Shown here: positions 11,976 through 24,000 of the stretch, piece after piece
Numbering within the stretch: the stretch's first letter is position 1
Layout of the letters: each line of letters opens with the position of its first letter
Origin: Eledone cirrhosa
Lineage: Eukaryota
Length of the DNA: 64,000 nt
Assembly: GCA_964016885.1 (NCBI GenBank)
Contig: OZ024744.1
Coordinates: 21,266,001-21,330,000 of the forward strand
Direction: 5' to 3'
Program-made: the position numbers and the translations under genes
The notes under the pieces: model-generated
What the model saw: only the letters and a program-made list of their open reading frames with translations
Told to the model about the DNA's origin: nothing
Database searches by the model: none

Positions 11976-12381
11976 CTAGCAGAATGGCCCGGCGTTGCTC
12001 GGGATTTGATCTAGGGTTCTTATATATTTGATATATATTTATCCTTATCGAGTCTCGTGAAATAAATACATTTGTTTATAGTTTGTTATTGTGTATGCAA
12101 AAATATCTATACACGAATATATATATATATAACAGTACAGAGAAGTACGGTATACCTCGGCCACAGGATGGTGTCTACATTTTGTGGTTATAAAAAAAAA
12201 TTGTCGTAGATTACCAGGATTATTTTCAGTGCGAAGAAAATCAATACTTTATCGCGAAATAAATACTTTTGTTTATATTTTGTTATTATGAATGCAAAAA
12301 TGATATATATTTATCCTTATCGAGCCTCGTAAAATAAATACGTTTGTTTATAGTTTGTTATTGTGTATGTACACGAATATA

Positions 12382-12431
<50 letters not shown>

Positions 12432-12901
12432 TAACAGATTAAAGTTTAAGCAAAGATTCGCTGCTTTCACCCTTAACGGGATCTTCTGAAACTAAAAAAA
12501 AATCAATCTGTGAACGCAGAAGTAAATATTTCGAAAACGTTACACACTATATATATATATATATATATATACACTATATATATACATATATATATACACA
12601 CACACCGCGTCATAATGTCGTAATGCAGACAGCCAGACATACAGACAGATATTATAAGGGTGCAACGTTATATCTATGTATCTATCTAAAAAGCGAAAGA
12701 CTAAGAGTTATAGAGAGAGATCGCTAAATCGCCTAATGCGGTCTCTAGGCCATTGAAAATTCGAAATTTCTTTTTCACAAAACACTCACAGGACCATAAG
12801 TATTACATGTGTAAAGTCTGAAAACAATCGGTTGGGTGGTTCTCGAGTGTTAGTGAGCGGGCAGACAGACAGACAGACATTCTCTGTTTTAGATATATAG
12901 A
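11976..12901 (-). mobile_element. Non-autonomous Helitron
   Basis: Minus strand begins TC (12901-12900) followed by (CTGT)n. It ends in hairpin cccgagcaacgccggg (12003-11988), then 8 nt, then CTAG (11979-11976). It is inserted between A and T with no TSD and has internal direct repeats (about 12030-12120 and 12302-12382). Confidence 0.8.
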
Positions 12902-13193
12902 TTATACATTTTTAGTGTGATATTTGTTATCAAAGTCAAATAAAATAAAACAATCGGATGAGAATCGGTTTCGCGGAGCAGGGTGACTGTTGTAATGATC
13001 GAAACAATACTGAAGCGTACGTGTGTCATATTGTCGATAGATGATACATCTGTGTAAAATTATTTCATGGATGTCAGTTCTTTACTGACGAGAAACATTT
13101 TTAGGGAGTGTTATAAAATATATTTTAACCGAATATTATTTGTGTTTTATTAATAAAATATAAAAATTACAAATAATGTCTAATTTTTTCTGC

Positions 13194-13287
13194 GGACCAC
13201 CAACATTATCTCTTGGACCACCAACATTATCTCTTGGACCACCAACATTATCTCTTGGACCACCAAAATTATCTCTTGGACCACCAA
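13194..13287 (+). repeat. 21-bp minisatellite, 4.5 copies (ggaccaccaacattatctctt)
   Basis: Units at 13194, 13215, 13236, 13257, partial at 13278. Confidence 0.95.
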
Positions 13288-13977
13288 TGTTAGAGCAAGT
13301 GTTCTGCCATAAGACAACACGATAGTTTGATCTTTGTTATTGGTCAGCCTTTTCTTCAGTCTAGTGGAAATATGGAAATATGTTAAAGGATAGATATTTC
13401 AATATTTATTAATATAACCAAATATTATAAGTAATCTCTCAAAGAGACGGTTCTGTTATATGCTCCATACAGATGGAGAGGAGTTACCGGTTGATATTAA
13501 TGTAGTTTGTTTCGGTAGTTGGTGTGATCAGTAACAGTGAAAATATTAAAGGAAATGTCAGGCTTATGATTCATGAAACAGTTTGCATGGATTTTAAATT
13601 AACATTTGTCAGATGAGTCAGTGTGAGATTACCCAGTACCTCACCTTCATAAATGTTGTGTAAGAGTTGGGTTGGGTAGATTTGGCCTTTCTACCCTGGA
13701 TAGGCCCGGCTAGAAACATTTCTAATTTTAACTACTAGGATCATAGTTTAATTATCTGGATACCATTGTATCGGTTGCCTTCATACATTCATAATTGATG
13801 TCATGCTTTGACTATTAATCATTTGGAAAAAGGTACGGCACCTTCAGGAACAGTTCAAACCAATGAGGAATCGCTTATCTAAGTAGAAATAGCAGCCAAA
13901 TATTTCCTATCACATGAAAATAGAAATATTGCCTATTTAGGATATTTTTGTATTGCATACTTTATACCTAAAATAAT

Positions 13978-14182
13978 AGTTTCTTATTTAGGCACAAAGC
14001 CAACAATTCTGGACGAAGGCAAAGTTAATTAAATCGATCCCAATGCATTACTGGTACTTTATTTTATTTTATGACTGAAAGGCAAAGCTAACCTCAGCGG
14101 GATTTGAACTCAGACGTAAAGGGATGTAATTATATGCCGCAAATCATGTTGTCCGACAATCTACCGATACTGTGAACCCTTG
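13978..14182 (-). mobile_element. tRNA-derived SINE with probable TSD
   Basis: attactggtacttt..gaaaggcaaagctaacctcagcgggatttgaactcaga; flanking ttatacctaaa at 13962-13972 and 14185-14195. Confidence 0.85.
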
Positions 14183-14663
14183 TATTATACCTAAATAAGA
14201 ATGAGCAAAGATTGGATGCCTTTCATCATATATCAGTTCTATTGGAGATAAGCTTCAACTGAACAAGGATATTTTATTATTGCGTATATGATTTCTTTTA
14301 TATTTACGACCACAGGTAATGATTAGTATTATTAGTTTAGCAAACGATTTGTTTAATTGTCATGTATAAATGTATAATTCTTAAAGTTCTTTCGTCACAC
14401 AATCTGTGACCTTCTGAATGGTTATCAATAATTGAAAGGTCTCAGAATGTTTGACGAAAGAACTTTGATAATTATATATGGCAACTATCCGGTTACTAAA
14501 CTAACCGAAGAATGTATTAGTTAGATAACTAATAATAACACTGAAGGGAAACACAAGAGATGCGTGTGTTTTTATCGGTAATATGAACCTCCCAATGTAT
14601 AAACATATCTGTTTCAACACACCATTTCACACCAGGACGCTTGCAAAACAAATACTAAAGAGT

Positions 14664-14780
<117 letters not shown>

Positions 14781-14913
14781 CAGTCGATTGACAAAATCCC
14801 AGGCCTCATTTGCTTAACGAGTGGAGTGGAGCTCGTCAAATCGGACCGAGAAAACAATGTTTCCATTGGTTTTTCCAGTTGTTAATACTATCTACCGGTC
14901 GCAAATCCAGGCA

Positions 14914-15034
14914 GATGGAACAACGTGAAATAAAGTGTCTTGCACAAGGACATCACGCACGCCCGGTCTAGGAATCAAAATCACAACCTCACGATTGCAA
15001 ATCCAATTCTCTCACCACTCAGTCACGCGCCTTC
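14914..15034 (-). mobile_element. Second tRNA-SINE family (tRNA head plus tccttg.gcaagacactt domain)
   Basis: Minus strand gaaggcgcgtgactgagtggtgagag..ttgattcc..tgtccttgtgcaagacactttatttcacgttg. Confidence 0.7.
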
Positions 15035-15035
15035 G

Positions 15036-15311
<276 letters not shown>

Positions 15312-16202
15312 CGCTTTTTCCTAACACTGAGCAGCCATAAACCACCTAAATTGATTATTTCTTCATCGCAACCTTCTCATATTCTGCAGTTATTTTTGCG
15401 CTCTGCTTCGTTATGACTTGATAGTTTCTGATGACAAATCTGGGCTTCTCAAACACTCTTGTTTTCTCTCTTTCTGTCTCCCTTTCTTTAATAATTTCCG
15501 CTTTGTTCAGTTTTGTCAGTTACTCTTCATGTAGAGGATTTTCTGGCTAACATGACATTTTGTAAACCCCATTTTTGTAATTTAGTTTTCGCTGTTTGTT
15601 TTTAATATTTTAAAAATAATTTCTATTATTGGTTCTCCGTTCTTTAAACAACTGTCAGCCATTTTAACTTCTGCTTTATAGTCATTTGCTTCCTTGAAGA
15701 CAGGAAAAGGTTTTTTTTTTCTTTTTTGTTACTTGGTTTCATTTTTGTTTGTTTTGTTTCTAGCTGTATAGTTAGCTGTATGTATTCCTCTTATTTTTCT
15801 TTTAAAACTAAATTTTGTTGCAATTCTAAATTAGGTTTTATTACAATGTTTGTTTTTTTATCAAACATCTCAGTGGAATATAGTCTGAGATGTAAAGAGA
15901 TACATAATCACAATTATAATAATAATTGAAATAGAAATATCTTTTGCCATAATATTTTTGACCATAATATAGTCATAATCCCACGGAAAAAGATGGGTAT
16001 CCCATGTGAGCTGATATCTTTTTCCGTTTAATGGGTTTATATACCCCATCATTACTCTATATTATAGTTTAAAATATTTCGATGAACGCTTCTATTTCTA
16101 TTTCAATTTAAAATTTCCCTCGCCGCCTTCCAAACATACTTCCTTTATGAAAATAATATTTTCTAGCCTAGTCACGAGGAAAGTATTTTTATGGAGGAGT
16201 TA

Positions 16203-16630
16203 ATGACCGAAAGAATACAAACACGAATACAAGCGACCGAAATGTGATTCCTCCGAAGGGTTTTTAGAGTAACGTTACTCGATAAAGTGTGTAGCTCTGA
16301 GATGAGAGTCACTCCAAGTAGAGCCTCTACTTCGCCGGATATAGAGATCACAGCTCTGATACTGTGGACATGTGGTTAGAATGGACAGGCAAAACCAACC
16401 GGTAGGAGATCCAGGGATAGACCTGGAGCAAGATGGTTGGATAACATCCATGAGCTTGGCTGGTCACGCTTGGGTATCCAGCCAGATCAGTTGGAGACGG
16501 TTGCTTCTGACAGGACCTGCTGGAGGGAGTGCTTGAGGACTCTGGCCCCACGACCCTCTCAGGAATAAGTGGGTGAAGAAGAAGAAGAAGAAGAAGAAGA
16601 AGAAGAAGAAGACGAAGAAGAAGAAGAAGA
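16203..16630 (+). pseudogene. RTE-clade (Rex3/Expander-like) LINE 3' fragment with (GAA)n tail
   Basis: Translates MTERIQTRIQATEM*FLRRV..LQVEPLLRRI*RSQL*YCGHVVRM..KPTGRRSRDRPGARWLDNIHELGWSRLGI..DRTCWRECLRTLAPRPSQE* (stop 16566-16568); (GAA)n 16575-16630. Confidence 0.88.
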
Positions 16631-16715
16631 AAATCCCAGTCAGCCAGATAATAATTCAAATCCTAAAAGCAACTAACATTACATATAAATTTGGAATGAC
16701 AGGATATCAATAAAT

Positions 16716-16773
16716 GTTTCTACTTTTGGCACAAGGCCAGCAATTACTCCAGTGCCTTACTGGTACTTTATTT
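16716..16773 (-). mobile_element. SINE 3' fragment
   Basis: gtttctacttttggcacaaggccagcaattac..ttactggtactttattt, matching 11581-11638. Confidence 0.7.
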
Positions 16774-16840
16774 ATGTCAATATATAATATAATATCAAAA
16801 TAAAAAGATTCATAATGTGCCTCAATGGTACAGTAAAGAT

Positions 16841-17137
16841 TCAAGTCCAATCCTATCCAGAGCCTTCTCACTCCTGTTGACCTCTACCACTTTCTATTTG
16901 GTTGTGGTCATGTCAGGAGTGTAGTTGTATTCACCAGGTTTGTCAAATTGTGCGTTGGATGACTCCGAAGAGTTCATCCGCTCTTTTAACAACTCTGGTT
17001 TTCTGTGCTGCTGGGGTTCCACTTACTCTCCTCACCAGCCCAGAGTTTGGTGGGAGAGCCTATGTAGTCATTGACTACTCGACCATGAAGCAGGTTCTAC
17101 ATGGTTACATGGTACCAGTAGCAGTCAGAAGCCTGAC
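16841..17137 (-). mobile_element. Family S, copy D
   Basis: Core ctcgaccatg..caggttctacatggttacatggtaccagtagca..cctgac; same 3' end as copy C. Confidence 0.7.
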
Positions 17138-17724
17138 CTTACCTAATGATTGTATCTTATTTCGGTGATACGTTCAAGTAAAAATAATGGAATATATTTT
17201 CGTTTCTCTTTATGCGCCGATAGTTGCTCAGTTTGTATACACTCCTCCAGGGGCACATGTTTCTTATAGTCTTGCTTGTGTTTCAACGATCCATTATAGT
17301 GAGAAGCAGCACAAGGCCATTCCATACGTGGCCATTCTGTTAATATAGTATTTCCCATAAGCTATTCAAAGAACATGTAGGAAACTCTTTATAGATGAAA
17401 AAGTGGTCAGCGGTCACTACAACGAATCAAACTTTATATTATTCAAATCCTCGTAGTCTCCGCTGATCACGTCTATAAGGGGTCTTTACCCGATTTTCTA
17501 AGCTATTTCTAGCAACCAACTATATTTTCAGTTGTTTTCTCGAATGAGTTTATTTCATTTTCTATTAACTTTATAATCCCCCAACGCTTCGAAAGTTCGA
17601 ACTTTGCATACGATTATATTGTATGACATATTAACTGGATAATCACAGCTAGATCACCCTTGCGTTAATTCCTATTGCAGCAGTTTTTGGAAGCGCAGGA
17701 GAAGTATATGTTCTTGTAGTAAAT

Positions 17725-17876
17725 ATGGCAGCGTGTGAACTAGTTACTAGCAGATTAGTTAAAGCGTAGGACAAAATGCCTTGTCCAACGTTATTTGTTC
17801 CAGCTTATTACGCTTGAGATAATATATCGTCGAGTTCAACGTTGTCTTTCATCTTTTGGCGGTCGATGATTAAAAT
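17725..17876 (+). mobile_element. Highly degenerate tRNA-SINE
   Basis: gcagattagttaaagcgtaggacaaaatgccttg..ctttcatctttt.gcggtcgat. Confidence 0.5.
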
Positions 17877-18319
17877 GTGAGATTAGAATAGTGAACTGGC
17901 CGAATTGTTCTGGTTTGGGGAAGTGAGTATTTTGAGTACTTGGCTGGTTGCTTTAATTTGTCTTCCCGTTTTATACAAACACCTGCTCCTACAGCCTCAT
18001 TATCAGATCACAGTTTGTTGCAAACATTCGGACTAGATGCAGGATTTTAGGATAACCTCTTCACCTATTGATAACTGAGACCTTGAAAAAATAAAGGTTC
18101 CTGAGTGCAACCCTTTCTTCCTTGGCTAGGCGGTAAAAAGAATAACAATAATTTTCTGTACTCTCAGTGAATATACTCTTGCTGTTTCTGGGATGGGTTA
18201 CTCTCTATATAGACATTAATAACCCATTACTGAATCTTGCAAAGTATTATTAATAGACTAATATTTTCATTAAGTTTTAGTTAATAATCTATAACTTTAT
18301 TTCTGGAATATATGTAAAT

Positions 18320-18845
18320 AGAGTTTAATAGAAATAGAAGAATAGATAATATAGATTGAGAAGAATGGATGTAAAATAGGAAAATATAAAGAAAAAAGAT
18401 AAAAAGAAAAAAGACTGGAAAAGGGAAGGAATGGTAAGGACTGTAGTGTAACAGAAGAATGTGGGAGGGGGATGTTTGGGCTCTGGGCCTACGGCGTGGT
18501 GGTAATGGGGCTGACCCCCGCGAACGAGACCGCAAAAGCATTGCCGCAAACAATGGTCAGTGACACCCACTGCAACAGCCATCCCACTTACCGGGGTTCC
18601 TTCCTCAGACGGGCCACAGACGTTCCGATCTCACGGAGGAGCTCGACTGTACGGGTTCCAAGTAGGCCTGAGGTCTCGACAGCCACCGGTGAGAAGAGGA
18701 AGTGGCTGGACAATCCTCTGTATTTGTTTATCTTCCTTTCCTCTGCATTGTGGGCCGCTGTAGCGGGGTTAATTTATCACATCTATAGTTTTCTGTCCTA
18801 ATCTTGTCATTCATGCGTGTGTGTTGCACACTGTCGAGTTCATTA
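18320..18845 (-). pseudogene. CRE-clade non-LTR retrotransposon 3' fragment (restriction-like endonuclease C-terminus plus 3' UTR)
   Basis: Minus frame: NPATAAHNAEERKINKYRGLSSHFLFSPVAVETSGLLG..LLREIG..KEPR*VGWLLQWVSLTIVCGNAFAV..TP* (stop 18489-18491). This matches the recalled CRE signature AE.rK..KY..L..F.P.a.ET.G..G..L.Q..S..i.rGNA; upstream STVCNT resembles the D-x-T-v/c-x-T motif. Confidence 0.82.
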
Positions 18846-19460
18846 ATTCTTAAGTAATTTTAAGTCTGATCTTGATCTAATTCTCTTATCTCGGTTTCTT
18901 TATCTAAGAAGATATCAGTATTTTTAATTAGTTATTTCCACTTCATGGTTGCCGTAGCAAATCTTTTTTTATTTCTTTTCTTTTCTTGACCGAATTTTAT
19001 GTTAATTCCTTCTGCAAAATCAATTGAATGTATGTAATAGAGTTCCCAGTTGTTTATCATATGCGCCATACAAATTGATGTACTCCATATATACACTAAC
19101 TGGCTGTCATATCAAATGTATCCAATTCCGGTCTGGTGTAACTTGATGTTTGTTTGTGTGTTTGCGTGTTTGTTTTGTTTGCGGCCCGTTTGTAGAGGGT
19201 TTCTCTCGCCATTCTCCGTGGTAACACCTTCGCTATTTTGCCCGCGGCTGAAACACCGCTTAGACACGAGTGTAGTGTCTGTCCCGCCCCACTCTCCCTT
19301 TCTGTCGTTGCTTGATTCTTGCTTCTGTTTTCTTCTTTCCATTTCATTTTTTTCTCTGATTTTGTTGTTCCTTTTAATGGTGTGTTTTGTTTTTGTATAA
19401 ACTGCTTTGTTTAATATATGATGGTTATGAAGTTGTTACAGTGAGGCAGAAGCAGATTGA

Positions 19461-19620
19461 AGAGAGAGAGTGTGTGAGTGTATATGAGCGAGAGAAAGAG
19501 GGGGAGAGAGTGTGTATGCGTGTGCGAGAGAGGGGGAGAGAGAAAGAGAGAGTGTGTGTGCGTCTGTGTAAGTATGTGTGTGTGTGTGTGTGAAAAAGAG
19601 AGAGAGAGAAAGAAAGAAAC
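19461..19620. repeat. Mixed (GA)n/(GT)n low-complexity tract
   Basis: Seen directly. Confidence 0.9.
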
Positions 19621-20015
19621 TGTAAGACATTTCTATTTAAACAAAGATGACTTTCATTTTTCATCAATCTCCCGAATTGTTTGAAACTATAAAATTATAT
19701 TTCATTGCTTCATGGAATGTTTAATGTTTAATATCCCAGCTTGTTATTGGTACTTCATTACATTTGGGTAATTTCCTTATAATCCACGAAGAACACCAAA
19801 AGTATTCAATATTTCCTGCGATAAGACCCTTCTTTCTCCTTCTACCCTATTGACTAACTAATGGCTATCTTTAAAACTAACCTATAGTCAGATTTCTAAG
19901 AAACTTTTCATCACCTATATAGAAGTTTGAGCTTGTGTTTCTTTTTTGTTTTTTTTTTTGTATTTATATTTGTTTTAATCTATATTTTGTGATATCATTA
20001 CTGTTAGAGTTTCTG

Positions 20016-20295
20016 CTATCTCTATCTATCTAGGGCGGGTAGAATTCCCGAGATCCATGGACGAGTTCTCTCCAGCGGTCTCTGTCCCTCATTATCGCTG
20101 CAATGTCCTGCGTCTCCAAGAGACCAGTGTCTGTCCTTAGGGCATCAATATATGTCAACCTCGGACTCCCTCTTCTAGTGTGTCCGTGTAGGGGCTCCCA
20201 CAGGAGCACTGAATGCAGTGAGCATGTCCAGCTAACCCCAGTCTCCTCTGTGTTACATTCTAGCTGACATTTGGGAGGCTCCCGTACAGCTCTGA
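20016..20295 (-). pseudogene. RTE-clade LINE 3' fragment with GATA-like tail
   Basis: Minus translation ELYGSLPNVS*NVTQRRLGLAGH..VLLWEPLHGHTRRGSPRLTYIDALRTDTGL..IMRDRDRWRELV..YPP* (stop 20030-20032). Confidence 0.88.
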
Positions 20296-20512
20296 GTGTA
20301 TACTGCTATGTATAGCTTATACATTTTAGGTATTGTCAGTATTTCGGAGTAAAATTAAATGTTTTTAGGTGACCCATTCAAAGAATGGACCTAATTTCAT
20401 TATAGACTTATATGGGATTGATTACTGGGAAGAAGATACTTAATCTTGCCTGGATAAACCAGAATCTGGGAGTAGCCACTCAGTAGTGTTCCTATACTGA
20501 GGGTATTAAGCA

Positions 20513-20682
20513 CCATCATCATCATCATCATCTTGGTGTACTGGCTGTACGGAACGCCTTGACTCTCCCTCTCTATTCGTCTAGATCATCCATTACTAGT
20601 GGCAGGCCATCCAGATTGCACTACGCATCCTCACTTTACTGTTTAATGGAAGTTCTGTTAGGCCTGGAACGTTGGAAAGCCC
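20513..20682 (-). pseudogene. RTE-clade LINE extreme 3' end with (TGA)n tail
   Basis: Minus translation RPNRTSIKQ*SEDA*CNLDGLPLVMDDLDE*RGRVKAFRTASTPR** running into (TGA)n at 20514-20531. Confidence 0.72.
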
Positions 20683-20774
20683 ATACATTGGTGTCACTGA
20701 CAAAACCTCACCAACATACTTTGAGCAATATAATCGAATTTCCCGTTCCCTAGAAGTTGTTGGCCGTATGCCTT

Positions 20775-20936
20775 GTGAATTGGCAGTATCGGTAGAGGGG
20801 TGGACGCCATGCTTTCTAGCATAGTTACGTCCCTTTACAGTCTGAGTTCAAATCCCGCCGAGGTAACTTTGCCTTTCATCCTTACGGGGTCGATAAAATA
20901 AAGTACCAGTAATGTACTGAGTAGTAGAAACAATTA
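20775..20936 (+). mobile_element. tRNA-derived SINE (well-preserved core), about 90 bp before the satellite
   Basis: tggcagtatcggtagag..gagttcaaatcccgccgagg..tttgcctttcatccttacggggtcgataaaataaagtaccagt..agaaacaattat. Confidence 0.9.
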
Positions 20937-21024
20937 TGTATATCATAAAATATAATTTCTTATACAAATCGTTTATATTTGTTTTGTGTTCAATATTTCG
21001 CTGCAAAATCCCATTTCAGTGTCT

Positions 21025-24000
21025 TTCAATTACTGTTGCTCTCCTCTTCAATTACTGTTGCTCTCCTCTTCAATTACTGTTGCTCTCCTCATCAATTACT
21101 GTTGCTCTCCTCTTCAATTACTGTTGCTCTCCTCCTCAATTACTGTTGCTCCACTCTTCAATTACTGTTGCTCTCCTCTTCAATTACTGTTGCTCTCCTC
21201 CTCAATTACTGTTGCTCTCCTCTTCAATTACTGTTGCTCTCCTCCTCAATTACTGTTGCTCTCCTCTTCAATTACTGTTGCTCTCCTCTTCAATTACTGT
21301 TGCTCTCCTCTTCAATTACTGTTGCTCTCCTCCTCAATTACTGTTGCTCCCCTCTTCAATTACTGTTGCTCTCCTCCTCAATTACTGTTGCTCCCCTCTT
21401 CAATTACTGTTGCTCTCCTCTTCAATTACTGTTGCTCTCCTCCTCAATTACTGTTGCTCTCCCCTTCAATTACTGTTGCTCTCCTCTTCAATTACTGTTG
21501 CTCTCCTCTTCAATTACTGTTGCTCTCCTCTTCAATTACTGTTGCTCTCCTCTTCAATTACTGTTGCTCTCCTCTTCAATTACTGTTGCTCTCCTCCTCA
21601 ATTACTGTTGCTCTCCTCTTCAATTACTGTTGCTCTCCTCCTCAATTACTCTTGTTCTCCTCTTCAATTACTGTTGCTCTCCTCCTCAATAACTCTTGTT
21701 CTCCTCTTCAATTACTGTTGCTCTCCTCCTCAAATACTGTTGCTCTCCTCTTCAATTACTGTTGATCTCCTCTTCAATTACTGTTGCTCTCCTCTTCAAT
21801 TACTGTTGTACTCCTCTTCAATTACTGTTGCTTTCCTCTTCAATTACTATTTCTCTCCTCTTTCAATTAGTGTTGCTCTCCTCATCAATTACTGTTGCTC
21901 TCCTCGTTCAATTACTGTTACTCTCCTCTTCAATTACTATTCTCTCTTCTTTCAATTACTGTTGCTCTCCTCTTTCAATTACTGTTGCTCTCCTCGTTCA
22001 ATTACTGTTGCTCTCCTCGTTCGATTACTGTTGCTCTCCTCGTTCAATTACTGTTGCTCTTCCCTTCAATTACTGTTGTTCTCCTCGTTCAATTACTGTT
22101 GCTCTCCTCTTCAATTACTGTTGCTCTCCTCTTCAATTACTGTTGCTCTCCTCCTTCAATTACTGTTGCTCTCATCCTCAATTACTGTTGCTCTCCTCTT
22201 CAATTAATGTTGCTCTCCTCTTCAATTAATGTTGCTCTCCTCTTCAATTACTGTTGTTCTCTTCTTCAATTACTTTTGCTCTCCTCTTCAATTACTGTTG
22301 CTCTCCTCTTTCAATTACTGTTGCTCTCTTCCTCAATTACTGTTGCTCTCCTCTTCAACTACTATTTCTCTCCTCTTTCAATTACTGTTGTTCTCCTCTT
22401 CAATTACTGTTGCTCTCCTCGTTCAATTACTGTTGCTCTCCTCGTTCATTTACTGTTGCTCTCCTCTTCAATTACTATTTATCTCCTTTATCAATTAATG
22501 TTGCTCTCCTCTTCAATTACTGTTGCTCTCCTCGTTCAATTACTGTTGCTCTCCTCATCAATTACTGTTGCTCTCCTCGTTCAATTACTGTTGCTCTCCT
22601 CTTCAATTACTATTCTCTCCTCTTTCAATTACTGTTGCTCTCCTCTTTTAATTACTGTTGCTCTCCTCTTTCAATTACTGTTGCTCTCCTCGTTCAATTA
22701 CTGTTGCTCTCCTCTTTTAATTACTGTTGCTCTTCCCTTAAATTACCGTTGTTCTCCTCGTTCAATTACTGTTGCTCTCCTCTTAAATTACTGTTGCTCT
22801 CCTCTTCAATTACTGTTGCTCTCCTCGTTCAATTACTGTTGCTCTCCTCCTCAATTACTGTTGCTCTCCTCTTTCAATTACTGTTGCTCTCCTCGTTCAA
22901 TTACTGTTGCTCTCCTCATCAATTACTGTTGCTCTCCTCGTTCAATTACTGTTGCTCTCCTCTTCAATTACTATTCTCTCCTCTTTCAATTACTGTTGCT
23001 CTCCTCTTTCAATTACTCTTGCTCTCCTCGTTCAATTACTGTTGCTCTCCTTGTTCAATTACTGTTGCTCTTCCCTTCAAGTACTGTTGTTCTCCTCGTT
23101 CAATTACTGTTGCTCTCCTCTTCAATTACTGTTGCTCTCCTCTTCAATTACTGTTGCTCTCCTCGTTCAATTACTGTTGCTCTCCTTCTCAATTACTGTT
23201 GCTCCCCTCTTCAATTGCTGTTGCTCTCCTCTTTCAATTACTGTTGCTCTCCTCGTTCAATTACTGTTGCTCTCCTCTTCAATTACTATTTATCTCCTCT
23301 TTCATTTACTGTTGCTCTCCTCGTTCAATTACTGTTGCTCTCCTCCTCAATTACTGTTGCTCTCCTCTTCAATTACTGTTGCTCTCCTCTTTCTATTACT
23401 GTTGCTCTCCTCTTCAATTACTGTTGCTCTCCTCTTCAATTACTGTTGCTCTCTTCTTTCAATTACTGTTGCTCTCCTCCTCAATTACTGTTGCTCTCCT
23501 CTTCAACTACTATTTCTCTCCTCTTTCAATTACTGTTGCTCTCCTCTTCAATTACTGTTGCTCTCCTCTTCAATTACTGTTGCTCTCCTCTTCAATTATT
23601 ATTTCTCTCCTCGTTCAATTACTGTTGCTCTCCTCTTCAATTACTATTTCTCTCCTCTTTCATTTACTGTTGCTCTCCTCGTTCAATTACTATTGCTCTC
23701 CTCTTCAATTACTGTTGCTCTCCTCTTCAATTACTGTTGCTCTCCTCTTCAATTACTATTTCTCTCCTCTTTCAATTACTCTTCAATTACTATTTCTCTC
23801 CTCGTTCAATTACTGTTCCTCTCCTCTTCAATTACTATTTCTCTCCTCTTTCATTTACTGTTGCTCTCCTCTTTCAATTACTGTTGCTCTCCTCCTCAAT
23901 TACTGTTGCTCTCCTCATCAACTACTCTTTCTCTCCTCTTTCAATTACTGTTGCTCTCCTCTTCAATTACTGTTGCTCTCCTCTTCAATTGCTGTTGCTC

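Larger units (their letters stand above)
11474..13287. mobile_element. hAT/Charlie-like non-autonomous DNA transposon relic (right TIR not found) hosting nested insertions
   Basis: Starts cagcggtcaccaacctt, resembling Charlie/MER1-type TIRs; subterminal ggaccac-like motifs at both ends. Confidence 0.55.

Noticed and set aside
13085-13097. ctgacga-gaaac hammerhead-like string (also lone CTGANGA near 5844, 15428, 18602)
   Set aside because: No stem II or compatible stems I and III.
13194-13287. Mini-CRISPR
   Set aside because: Head-to-tail 21-mers with no spacers.
17143-17358. 71-aa minus-strand ORF and neighbouring complex sequence as host exons
   Set aside because: No recognisable domain or convincing splice structure; cannot be excluded without RNA-seq.
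20775-20936. Genuine tRNA gene, or SINE as the source of the satellite monomer
   Set aside because: The A/B boxes continue into a SINE core without a cloverleaf; shared words (caatta, attactg) are too short to imply origin.
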